A DNA stretch of 64,000 nucleotides from the NCBI GenBank assembly GCA_964016885.1, contig OZ024744.1:10974001-11038000 (forward strand). The letters run 5' to 3'. Shown here in pieces: positions 15,550 through 29,100 of the stretch. The DNA is from Eledone cirrhosa (Eukaryota). Under the pieces are notes generated by a model. It searched no databases. It saw only the letters and a list, made by a program, of their open reading frames with translations, and was not told the DNA's origin. Position 1 is the stretch's first letter. The number at the start of each line of letters is the position of its first letter. A program made the translations under genes and the position numbers.

Positions 15550-18500
15550 AATATGTTGCGTTGTTTTACTCCAATATGTTGTGTTGTTGTACTCCAATAT
15601 GTTGTGTTGTAGTACTCCAATATGTTGTGTTGTTGTAATCCAATATCTTGTGTTGTTATACTCCAATATGTTGTGTTGTTGTACTCCAATATGTTGTGTT
15701 GTTATACTCCAATATGTTGTGTTATGATACTCCAATATGTTGTGCTGTTGTACTCCAATATTTTGTGTTGTCGTACTCCAATATGTGATGTTGTACTCCA
15801 ATATGTCCTGTTGTTATACTCCAATATGTTGTGTTGTTATACTCCAATATGTCATGGTGTTGTACTTCAATATGTCGTGTTGTTGTACTCCAATATGTTG
15901 TGTTGTTGTACTCCAATACGCGATGTTGTTGTACTCCAATATGTTGTGTTGTTGTACTCCAATATCTTGTGTTGTTATACTCCAATATGTTGTGTTGTTA
16001 TACTCCAATATGGTGTGTTGTTGTAGTCCAATATGTTGTATTGTTTTTTTCCAATATGTCATGTTATACTCCAATATGTTGTGTTCGTGTACTCCAATAT
16101 GTTGTGTTATTGTACTCCAATATGTTGCGTTGTTGTACTCCAATATGTCTTGTTATACTCCAATATGTCGTGTGGCTGTACTCCAATATGTCATGTTGTT
16201 GTACTCCAATATGTCTTGTTATAGTCCAATATGTCGTGTTGTTGTACTCCAATATGTCATGTAGTTGTATTCCAATATTTCGTGTTGTTGTACCCCAATA
16301 TGTCGTGTTGTTTATACTCCAATATGTTTTGCTGTTGTACTCCAATATGTTGTGTTGCTGTATTCCAATATGTTGTGTTGTTATTCTCCAATATGTTGTG
16401 GTGTTGTACTCCAATGTGTTATGTTGTTATACTCCAATATGTTGTGCTGTGCTACTCCAATATATTGTGTTGTTGTACTCCAATGTGTTGTGTTGTTATA
16501 CTCCAATATGTTGTGTTGATTTACTCCAATATGTTGTGTTGTTGTACTCCAATCTGTTGTGTTGTTATACTCCAATATGTTGTGTTGTTATACTCCAATA
16601 TGTTGTGTTGTTTTACTCCAATATGTTGTGTTGTTGTACTCCAATATGTTGTGTTGTTGTACTCCAATATGTTGTGTTGTTGTAATCCAATATCTTGTGT
16701 TGTTATACTCCAATATGTTGTGTTGTTGTACTCCAATATGTTGTGTTGTTATACTCCAATATGTTGTGTTGTGATACTCCAATATGTTGTGCTGTTGTAC
16801 TCCAATATGTTGTGTTGTTATACTCCAATATGTTGTGTTGTTTTACTCCAATATGTTGTGTTGTTGTACTCCAATATGTTGTATTGTTGTTCTCCAATAT
16901 GTCATGTTATACTCCAATAAGTTGTGTTCTTGTACTCCAATATGTTGTGTTGTTGTACTCCAATATATAATGTTGTCGTACTCCTATATGTCATGTTATA
17001 CTCCAATATGTCGTTGTTATACTCCAATATGTCATGTTGTTGTACTCCAATATGTCGTATTGTTGTACTCCAATATGTTTTGATGTTGTACTCCAATATG
17101 TTGTGTTGTTGTACTCCAATATGTTGTGTAGTCGTACTCCAATATGTTGTATTGTTATACTCCAATATGTTGTGCTGTTGTACTCCAATATGTTCTGTTG
17201 TTGTACTCCAATATATTGTGTTGTTGTACTCCAATACGTCGTGTTGTTGTACTCCAATAGGTCGTGTTGTTGTACTCCAATATGTTGTGTTGTTGTACTC
17301 CAATATGTTGTGTTGTTGTACTCCAATATGTTGTGTTGTTATACTCCAATATGTTATGTTGTTGTACTCCAATATGTCATGTTGTTGTACTCCAATATGT
17401 TTGATGTTGTACTCCAATATGTTGTGTTGTTGTACTCCAATATGTTCTGATGTTGTACTCCAATATGTTGTGTTGTTGTACTCCAATATGTTGTGTAGTC
17501 GTACTCCAATATGTTGTGTTGTTGTACTCCAATATGCTGTGATGTTGTACTCCAATATGATGTGCTCTTGTACTCCAATGCGTTGTGTTGTTGTACTCCA
17601 ATATGCTGTGTTGTTATACTCCAATATGTTGTGTTGTTGTACTCCAATATGTTGTGTTGTTGTACTCCAATATGTTGTGTTGTTGTAATCCAATATCTTG
17701 TGTTGTTATACTCCAATATGTTGTGCTGTTGTACTCCAATATGTTGAGTTGTTATACTCCAATATGTAGTGTTGTTATACTCCAATATGTTGTGTTGTTG
17801 TACTCCAATCTGTTGCGTTATACTCCAATATGTTGTGTTGTTATACTCCAATATGTTGTGTTGTTTTACTCCAATATGTTGTGTTGTTGTACTCCAATAT
17901 GTTGTGTTGTAGTACTCCAATATGTTGTGTTGTTGTAATCCAATATCTTGTGTTGTTATACTCCAATATGTTGTGTTGTTGTACTCCAATATGTTGTGTT
18001 GTTATACTCCAATATGTTGTGTTATGATACTCCAATATGTTGTGCTGTTGTACTCCAATATTTTGTGTTGTCGTACTCCAATATGTGATGTTGTACTCCA
18101 ATATGTCCTGTTGTTATACTCCAATATGTTGTGTTGTTATACTCCAATATGTCATGGTGTTGTACTTCAATATGTCGTGTTGTTGTACTCCAATATGTTG
18201 TGTTGTTGTACTCCAATACGCGATGTTGTTGTACTCCAATATGTTGTGTTGTTGTACTCCAATATCTTGTGTTGTTATACTCCAATATGTTGTGTTGTTA
18301 TACTCCAATATGGTGTGTTGTTGTAGTCCAATATGTTGTATTGTTTTTTTCCAATATGTCATGTTATACTCCAATATGTTGTGTTCGTGTACTCCAATAT
18401 GTTGTGTTATTGTACTCCAATATGTTGCGTTGTTGTACTCCAATATGTCTTGTTATACTCCAATATGTCGTGTGGCTGTACTCCAATATGTCATGTTGTT

Positions 18501-20140
18501 GTACTCCAATATGTCTTGTTATAGTCCAATATGTCGTGTTGTTGTACTCCAATATGTCATGTAGTTGTATTCCAATATTTCGTGTTGTTGTACCCCAATA
18601 TGTCGTGTTGTTTATACTCCAATATGTTTTGCTGTTGTACTCCAATATGTTGTGTTGCTGTATTCCAATATGTTGTGTTGTTATTCTCCAATATGTTGTG
18701 GTGTTGTACTCCAATGTGTTATGTTGTTATACTCCAATATGTTGTGCTGTGCTACTCCAATATATTGTGTTGTTGTACTCCAATGTGTTGTGTTGTTATA
18801 CTCCAATATGTTGTGTTGATTTACTCCAATATGTTGTGTTGTTGTACTCCAATCTGTTGTGTTGTTATACTCCAATATGTTGTGTTGTTATACTCCAATA
18901 TGTTGTGTTGTTTTACTCCAATATGTTGTGTTGTTGTACTCCAATATGTTGTGTTGTTGTACTCCAATATGTTGTGTTGTTGTAATCCAATATCTTGTGT
19001 TGTTATACTCCAATATGTTGTGTTGTTGTACTCCAATATGTTGTGTTGTTATACTCCAATATGTTGTGTTGTGATACTCCAATATGTTGTGCTGTTGTAC
19101 TCCAATATGTTGTGTTGTTATACTCCAATATGTTGTGTTGTTTTACTCCAATATGTTGTGTTGTTGTACTCCAATATGTTGTATTGTTGTTCTCCAATAT
19201 GTCATGTTATACTCCAATAAGTTGTGTTCTTGTACTCCAATATGTTGTGTTGTTGTACTCCAATATGTCATGTTATACTCCAATATGTCGTTGTTATACT
19301 CCAATATGTCATGTTGTTGTACTCCAATATGTCGTATTGTTGTACTCCAATATGTTTTGATGTTGTACTCCAATATGTTGTGTTGTTGTACTCCAATATG
19401 TTGTGTAGTCGTACTCCAATATGTTGTATTGTTATACTCCAATATGTTGTGCTGTTGTACTCCAATATGTTCTGTTGTTGTACTCCAATATATTGTGTTG
19501 TTGTACTCCAATACGTCGTGTTGTTGTACTCCAATAGGTCGTGTTGTTGTACTCCAATATGTTGTGTTGTTGTACTCCAATATGTTGTGTTGTTGTACTC
19601 CAATATGTTGTGTTGTTATACTCCAATATGTTATGTTGTTGTACTCCAATATGTCATGTTGTTGTACTCCAATATGTTTGATGTTGTACTCCAATATGTT
19701 GTGTTGTTGTACTCCAATATGTTCTGATGTTGTACTCCAATATGTTGTGTTGTTGTACTCCAATATGTTGTGTAGTCATACTCCAATATGTTGTGTTGTT
19801 GTACTCCAATATGCTGTGATGTTGTACTCCAATATGATGTGCTGTTGTACTCCAATGCGTTGTGTTGTTGTACTCCAATATGCTGTGTTGTTATACTCCA
19901 ATATGTTGTGTTGTTGTACTCCAATATGTTGTGTTGTTGTACTCCAATATGTTGTGTTGTTGTAATCCAATATCTTGTGTTGTTATACTCCAATATGTTG
20001 TGCTGTTGTACTCCAATATGTTGAGTTGTTATACTCCAATATGTAGTGTTGTTATACTCCAATATGTTGTGTTGTTGTACTCCAATCTGTTGCGTTATAC
20101 TCCAATATGTTGTGTTGTTATACTCCAATATGTTGTGTTG
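15550..20140. repeat. 2,300-bp tandem duplication nested in 19.3-kb unit A
   Basis: ORF pairs at offset 2300 (15541/17841, 15737/18037, 16231/18531, 16703/19003), then 2277 after loss of one monomer (16991/19268, 17354/19631). The AGTACT variant occurs at 15611 and 17911. Confidence 0.9.
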
Positions 20141-23100
20141 TTATACTCCAATATGTTGTGTTGTTTTACTCCAATATGTTGTATTGTTGATCTCCAATAT
20201 GTCATATTATACTCCAATAAGTTGTGTTCTTGTACTCCAATATGTGTTGTTGTTGTACTCCAATATGTTGCGTTGTTGTACTCCAATATATCATGTTGTC
20301 GTACTCCAATATGTCATGTTATACTCCAATATGTTTTGATGCTGTACTCCAATATGTTGTGTTGTTGTACTACAATATGCTGTGTTGTTGTACTCCAATA
20401 TGTTGTGTTGTTATACTCCAATATGTTGTGCTGTTGTACTCCAATATGTTGTGTTGTTATACTCCAATATGTAGTGTTGTTATACTCCAATATGTTGTGT
20501 TGTTGTACTCCAATCTGTTGTGTTGTTATACTCCAATATATTGTGTTGTTATACTCCAATATGTTGTGTTGTTTTACTCCAATATGTTGTGTTGTACTCC
20601 AATATGTTGTATTGTTGTTCTCCAATATGTCATGTTATACTCCAATAAGTTGTGTTCTTGTACTCCAATATGTTGTGTTGTTGTACTCCAATATGTTGTT
20701 TTGTTGTACTCCAATATATCATGTTGTCGTACTCCAATATGTCACGTTATACTCCAATATGTCGTTGTTATACTCCAATATGTCATGATGTTGTACTCCA
20801 ATGTGTCGTGTTCTTGTACTCCAATATGTCGTGTTGTCGTACTCCAATATGTTGTGTTGTTGTACTCCAATATGTTGTGCTGTTGTACTCCAATATGTTG
20901 TGTTGTTGTACTCCAATATGTTGTGTTGTTATACTCCAATATGTTATGTTGTTGTACTCCAATATGTCTTGTTGTTGTACTCCAATATGTTTTGATGTTG
21001 TACTCCAATATGTTGTGTTGTTGCACTCCAATATGTTTTGATGTTGTACTCCAATATGTTGTGTTGTTGTACTCCAATATGTTGTGTAGTCGTACTCCAA
21101 TATGTTGTGTTGTTGTACTCTAATATGTTTTGTTGTTATTCTCCAATATGTTGTGATGTTGTACTCCAATGTGTTGTGTTGTTGTACTTCAATGTGATGT
21201 GTTGTTGTACTCCAAAATGTTGTGCTGTTGTACTCCAATATTTTTTTGTTTTTTGTACTCCAATATGTTGTGTTGTTATACTCCAATATGTTGTGTTGTT
21301 ATACTCCAATATGTTGTGCTGTTGTACTCCAAATCTCGTGTTGTTATACTCCAATGTGTTGTGTTGTTATACTCCAATATGGTGTGTTGTTGTACTCCAA
21401 TATGTTGTATTGTTTTCTCCAATATGTCATGTTATACTCCAATATGGTGTGTTCGTGTACGCCAATATGTTGTGTTATTGTACTCCAATATGTTGCGTTG
21501 TTGTACTCCAATATGTTGTGTTGTTATACTTCAATATGTCGTGTGGCTGTACTCCAATATGTCATGTTGTTGTACTCCAATATGTCTTGTTATAGTCCAA
21601 TATGTCGTGTTGTTGTACTCCAATATATCATGTAGTTGTACTCCAATATTTCGTGTTGTTGTACCCCAATATGTAGTGTTGTTTATACTCCAATATGTTT
21701 TGCTGTTGTACTCCAATATGTTGTGTTGCTGTACTCCTATATGTTGTGTTGTTATTCTCCAATATGTTGTGCTGTTGTACTCCAATGTGTTGTGTTGTTA
21801 TACTCCAATATGTTCTGTTGTTGTACTCCAATATGTTGTGTTGTTGTACTCCAATATGTTGTGTTGTTGTACTCCAATGTGCTGTGTTGTTGTACTCCAA
21901 TATGTTGTGTTGTTGTACTCCAATATGTTGTGTTGTTGTACTCCAATATGTTGTGTTGTTATACTCCAATATTTCGTGTGGTTGTACTCCAATATGTCAT
22001 GGTGTTGTACTTCAATATGTCGTGTTGTTGTACTCCAATATGTTGTCTTGCTGTACTCCAATCTGTTGTGTTGTTGTACTCCAATGTGTTGTGTTGTTGT
22101 ACTCCAATATGTTGTGCCGTTGTACTCCAATATGTCATGTTATACTCCAATATGTTGTGTTATTGTACTCCAATATGTTGCGTTGTTGTACTCCAATATG
22201 TTGTGTTGTTATACTCCAATATGTTGTGTTGTTGTACTCCAATATGGCATGTTGTTGTACTCCAGTATGTCTTGTTATACTCCAATATGTAGTGTTGCTG
22301 TACTCCAATATGTCATGCTGTTGTACTCCAATATTTCGTGTCGTTGTACTCCAATATGTCGTGCTTTTGTACTCCAATATGTTTTGCTGTTGTACTCCAC
22401 TGTGTTGTGTTGTTGAACTCCAATATGTTGTGTTGTTGTTCTCCAATATTTGGTGCTGTTGTACTCCAATGTGTTGTGTTGTTATACTCCAATATGTTGT
22501 GTTGTGATACTCCAATGTGTTGTGTTGTTGTACTCCAATATGTTGTGTTGTTGTACTCCAATATGTTGTGTTGTTATACTCCAATGTGGTGTGCTGTTGT
22601 AATCCAATATGTTATGTTGTACTCCAATATGTTGTGTTGTTATACTCCAATATGTAGTGTTGTTATACTCCAATATGTTGTGTTGTTGTACCCCAATATG
22701 TCGTGTTGATTATACTACAATTTTTGTTGCTGTTGTACTCCAATATGTTGTGTTGTTGTACTCTAATATGTTGTGTTGTTATTCTCCAATATGTTGTGCT
22801 GTTGTACTCCAATGTGTTATGTTGTTATACTCCAATATGTTGTGCTGTGATACTCCAATATGTCATGTTGTTGTACTCCAGTATGTCTTGTTATACTCCA
22901 ATATGTCGTGTTGCTGTACTCCAATATGTCATGCTGTTGTACTCCAATATGTTTTGCTGTTGTACTCCACTGTGTTGTGTTGTTGAACTCCAATATGTTG
23001 TGTTGTTGTTCTCCAATATTTTGTGCTGTTGTACTCCAATTTGTGTTGTTGTACTCCAATATGTTGTGTTGTTGTACTCCAATATGTTGTGTTGTTGTAC

Positions 23101-26100
23101 TCCAATATGTTGTGTTGTTATACTCCAATATGTTGTGCTGTTGTACTCCAATATTTCGTGTTGTTGTACTCCAATACGTCGTGTTGTTGTACTCCAATAT
23201 GTTTTGATGTTGTACTCAAATATGTTGTGTTGTTGTACTCCAATATGTTTTGATGTTGTACTCCAATATGTTGTGTTGTTGTACTCCAATATGTTGTGTA
23301 GTCGTACTCCAATATGTTGTGTTGTTGTACTCCAATATGCTGTGATGTTGTACTCCAATATGATGTGATGTTGTACTACAATGCGTTGTGTTGTTGTACT
23401 CCAATGTGATGTGTTGTTGTACTCCAATATGTTGTGCCGTTGTACTCCAATATTTTTTATTTTTGTACTCCAATATGTTGTGTTGTTATACTCCAATATG
23501 TTGTGTTGTTATACTCCAATATGTTGTGCTGTTGTACTCCAAATCTCGTGTTGTTATACTCCAATGTGTTGTGTTGTTATACTCCAATATGGTGTGTTGT
23601 TGTAGTCCAATATGTTGTATTGTTTTTCTTCCAATATGTCATGTTATACTCCAATATGTTGTGTTCGTGTACTCCAATATGTTGTGTTATTGTACTCCAA
23701 TATGTTGCGTTGTTGTACTCCAATATGTTGTGTTGTTATACTCCAATATGTTGTGTTGTTGTACTCCAATATGTTGTGTTGTTATACTCCAATATGTTGT
23801 GCTGTTGTACTCCAATATGTTGTGTTGTTATACTCCAATATGTAGTGTTGTTATACTCCAATATGTTGTGTTGTTGTACTCCAATCTGTTGTGTTGTTAT
23901 ACTCCAATATATTGTGTTGTTATACTCCAATATGTTGTGTTGTTTTACTCCAATATGTTGTGTTGTTGTACTCCAATATGTTGTATTGTTGTTCTCCAAT
24001 ATGTCATGTTATACTCCAATAAGTTGTGTTCTTGTACACCAATATGTTGTGTTGTTGTACTCCAATATGTTGTTTTGTTGTACTCCAATATATCATGTTG
24101 TCGTACTCCAATATGTCACGTTATACTCCAATATGTCGTTGTTATACTCCAATATGTCATGATGTTGTACTCCAATATGTCGTGTTCTTGTACTCCAATA
24201 TGTCGTGTTGTTGTACTCCAATATGTTGTGTTGTTGTACTCCAATATGTTGTGTTGTTGTACTCCAATATGGTGTGTTGTTGTACTCCAATATGTTGTGT
24301 TGTTATACTCCAATATGTTGTGCTGTTGTACTCCAATATTTCGTGTTGTTGTACTCCAATACATCGTGTTGTACTCCAATATGTTGTGTTGTTATACTCC
24401 AATATGTTATGTTGTTGTACTCCAATATGTCTTGTTGTTATACTCCAATATGTTTTGATGTTGTACTCCAATATGTTGTGTTGTTGCACTCCAATATGTT
24501 TTGATGTTGTACTCCAATATGTTGTGTTGTTGTACTCCAATATGTTGTGTAGTCGTACTCCAATATGTTGTATTGTTGTACTCTAATATGTTTTGTTGTT
24601 ATTCTCCAATATGTTGTGATGTTGTACTCCAATGTGTTGTGTTGTTGTACTCCAATGTGATGTGTTGTTGTACTCCAAAATGTTGTGATGTTGTACTCCA
24701 ATATTTTTTGTTTTTTGTACTCCAATATGTTGTGTTGTTATACTCCAATATGTTGTGTTGTTATACTCCAATATGTTGTGCTGTTGTACTCCAAATCTCG
24801 TGTTGTTATACTCCAATGTGTTGTGTTGTTATACTCCAATATGGTGTGTTGTTGTACTCCAATATGTTGTATTGTTTTCTCCAATATGTCATGTTATACT
24901 CCAATATGGTGTGTTCGTGTACGCCAATATGTTGTGTTATTGTACTCCAATATGTTGCGTTGTTGTACTCCAATATGTTGTGTTGTTATACTCCAATATG
25001 TCGTGTGGCTGTACTCCAATATGTCATGTTGTTGTACTCCAATATGTCTTGTTATAGTCCAATATGTCGTGTTGTTGTACTCCAATATATCATGTAGTTG
25101 TACTCCAATATTTCGTGTTGTTGTACCCCAATATGTAGTGTTGTTTATACTCCAATATGTTTTGCTGTTGTACTCCAATATGTTGTGTTGCTGTACTCCT
25201 ATATGTTGTGTTGTTATTCTCCAATATGTTGTGCTGTTGTACTCCAATGTGTTGTGTTGTTATACTCCAATATGTTCTGTTGTTGTACTCCAATATGTTG
25301 TGTTGTTGTACTCCAATATGTTGTGTTGTTGTACTCCAATGTGCTGTGTTGTTGTACTCCAATATGTTGTGTTGTTGTACTCCAATATGTTGTGTTGTTA
25401 TACTCCAATATGTTGTGTTGTTATACTCCAATATTTCGTGTGGTTGTACTCCAATATGTCATGGTGTTGTACTTCAATATGTCGTGTTGTTGTACTCCAA
25501 TATGTTGTCTTGCTGTACTCCAATCTGTTGTGTTGTTGTACTCCAATGTGTTGTGTTGTTGTACTCCAATATGTTGTGCCGTTGTACTCCAATATGTCAT
25601 GTTATACTCCAATATGTTGTGTTCGTGTACTCCAATATGTTGTGTTATTGTACTCCAATATGTTGCGTTGTTGTACTCCAATATGTTGTGTTGTTATACT
25701 CCAATATGTTGTGTTGTTGTACTCCAATATGTCATGTTGTTGTACTCCAGTATGTCTTGTTATACTCCAATATGTCGTGTTGCTGTACTCCAATATGTCA
25801 TGCTGTTGTACTCCAATATTTCGTGTCGTTGTACTCCAATATGTCGTGCTTTTGTACTCCAATATGTTTTGCTGTTGTACTCCACTGTGTTGTGTTGTTG
25901 AACTCCAATATGTTGTGTTGTTGTTCTCCAATATTTTGTGCTGTTGTACTCCAATGTGTTGTGTTGTTATACTCCAATATGTTGTGTTGTGATACTCCAA
26001 TGTGTTGTGCTGTTGTAATACAATATGTTATGTTGTACTCCAATATGTTGTGTTGTTATACTCCAATATGTAGTGTTGTTATACTCCAATATGTTGTGTT

Positions 26101-29100
26101 GTTGTACCCCAATATGTCGTGTTGATTATACTACAATTTTGTTGCTGTTGTACTCCAATATGTTGTGTTGTTGTACTCTAATATGTTGTGTTGTTATTCT
26201 CCAATATGTTGTGCTGTTGTACTCCAATGTGTTATGTTGTTATACTCCAATATGTTGTGCTGTGATACTCCAATATGTTGTGTTGTTGTACTCCAATCTG
26301 GTGTGTTGTTATACTCCAATATATTGTGTTGTTATACTCCAATATGTTGCGTTGTTTTACTCCAATATGTTGTGTTGTTGTACTCCAATATGTTGTGTTG
26401 TTATACTCCAATATGTCGTGTGGCTGTACTCCAATATGTCATGTTGTTGTACTCCAATATGTCTTGTTATAGTCCAATATGTCGTGTTGTTGTACTCCAA
26501 TATATCATGTAGTTGTACTCCAATATTTCGTGTTGTTGTACCCCAATATGTAATGTTGTTTATACTCCAATATGTTTTGCTGTTGTACTCCAATATGTTG
26601 TGTTGCTGTACTCCTATATGTTGTGTTGTTATTCTCCAATATGTTGTGCTGTTGTACTCCAATGTGTTGTGTTGTTATACTCCAATATGTTCTGTTGTTG
26701 TACTCCAATATGTTGTGTTGTTGTACTCCAATATGTTGTGTTGTTGTACTCCAATGTGCTGTGTTGTTGTACTCCAATATGTTGTGTTGTTGTACTCCAA
26801 TATGTTGTGTTGTTGTACTCCAATATGTTGTGTTGTTATACTCCAATATTTCGTGCGGTTGTACTCCAATCTGTTGTGTTGTTGTACTCCAATGTGTTGT
26901 GTTGTTGTACTCCAATATGTTGTGCCGTTGTACTCCAATATGTCATGTTATACTCCAATATGTTGTGTTCGTGTACTCCAATATGTTGTGTTATTGTACT
27001 CCAATATGTTGCGTTGTTGTACTCCAATATGTTGTGTTGTTATACTCCAATATGTTGTGTTGTTGTACTCCAATATGTCATGTTGTTGTACTCCAGTATG
27101 TCTTGTTATACTCCAATATGTCGTGTTGCTGTACTCCAATATGTCATGCTGTTGTACTCCAATATTTCGTGTCGTTGTACTCCAATATGTCGTGCTTTTG
27201 TACTCCAATATGTTGTGTTGTTGTAATCCAATATCTTGTGTTGTTATACTCCAATATGTTGTGTTGTTGTACTCCAATATGTTGTGTTGTTATACTCCAA
27301 TATGTTGTGTTATGATACTCCAATATGTTGTGCTGTTGTACTCCAATATTTTGTGTTGTCGTACTCCAATATGTGATGTTGTACTCCAATATGTCCTGTT
27401 GTTATACTCCAATATGTTGTGTTGTTATACTCCAATATGTCATGGTGTTGTACTTCAATATGTCGTGTTGTTGTACTCCAATATGTTGTGTTGTTGTACT
27501 CCAATACGCGATGTTGTTGTACTCCAATATGTTGTGTTGTTGTACTCCAATATCTTGTGTTGTTATACTCCAATATGTTGTGTTGTTATACTCCAATATG
27601 GTGTGTTGTTGTAGTCCAATATGTTGTATTGTTTTTTTCCAATATGTCATGTTATACTCCAATATGTTGTGTTCGTGTACTCCAATATGTTGTGTTATTG
27701 TACTCCAATATGTTGCGTTGTTGTACTCCAATATGTCTTGTTATACTCCAATATGTCGTGTGGCTGTACTCCAATATGTCATGTTGTTGTACTCCAATAT
27801 GTCTTGTTATAGTCCAATATGTCGTGTTGTTGTACTCCAATATGTCATGTAGTTGTATTCCAATATTTCGTGTTGTTGTACCCCAATATGTCGTGTTGTT
27901 TATACTCCAATATGTTTTGCTGTTGTACTCCAATATGTTGTGTTGCTGTATTCCAATATGTTGTGTTGTTATTCTCCAATATGTTGTGGTGTTGTACTCC
28001 AATGTGTTATGTTGTTATACTCCAATATGTTGTGCTGTGCTACTCCAATATATTGTGTTGTTGTACTCCAATGTGTTGTGTTGTTATACTCCAATATGTT
28101 GTGTTGATTTACTCCAATATGTTGTGTTGTTGTACTCCAATCTGTTGTGTTGTTATACTCCAATATGTTGTGTTGTTATACTCCAATATGTTGTGTTGTT
28201 TTACTCCAATATGTTGTGTTGTTGTACTCCAATATGTTGTGTTGTTGTACTCCAATATGTTGTGTTGTTGTAATCCAATATCTTGTGTTGTTATACTCCA
28301 ATATGTTGTGTTGTTGTACTCCAATATGTTGTGTTGTTATACTCCAATATGTTGTGTTGTGATACTCCAATATGTTGTGCTGTTGTACTCCAATATGTTG
28401 TGTTGTTATACTCCAATATGTTGTGTTGTTTTACTCCAATATGTTGTGTTGTTGTACTCCAATATGTTGTATTGTTGTTCTCCAATATGTCATGTTATAC
28501 TCCAATAAGTTGTGTTCTTGTACTCCAATATGTTGTGTTGTTGTACTCCAATATGTCATGTTATACTCCAATATGTCGTTGTTATACTCCAATATGTCAT
28601 GTTGTTGTACTCCAATATGTCGTATTGTTGTACTCCAATATGTTTTGATGTTGTACTCCAATATGTTGTGTTGTTGTACTCCAATATGTTGTGTAGTCGT
28701 ACTCCAATATGTTGTATTGTTATACTCCAATATGTTGTGTTGTTATACTCCAATATGTTGTGCTGTTGTACTCCAAATCTCGTGTTGTTATACTCCAATG
28801 CGTTGTGTTGTTGTACTCCAATATGCTGTGTTGTTATACTCCAATATGTTGTGTTGTTGTACTCCAATATGTTGTGTTGTTGTACTCCAATATGTTGTGT
28901 TGTTGTAATCCAATATCTTGTGTTGTTATACTCCAATATGTTGTGCTGTTGTACTCCAATATGTTGAGTTGTTATACTCCAATATGTAGTGTTGTTATAC
29001 TCCAATATGTTGTGTTGTTGTACTCCAATCTGTTGCGTTATACTCCAATATGTTGTGTTGTTATACTCCAATATGTTGTGTTGTTATACTCCAATATGTT

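Noticed and set aside
15550-17850. Duplication length of exactly 2300 = 100 x 23 bp
   Set aside because: The unit contains several 20-21-bp monomers, so it is not 100 monomers, and the offset becomes 2277 distally. The round number is coincidental.
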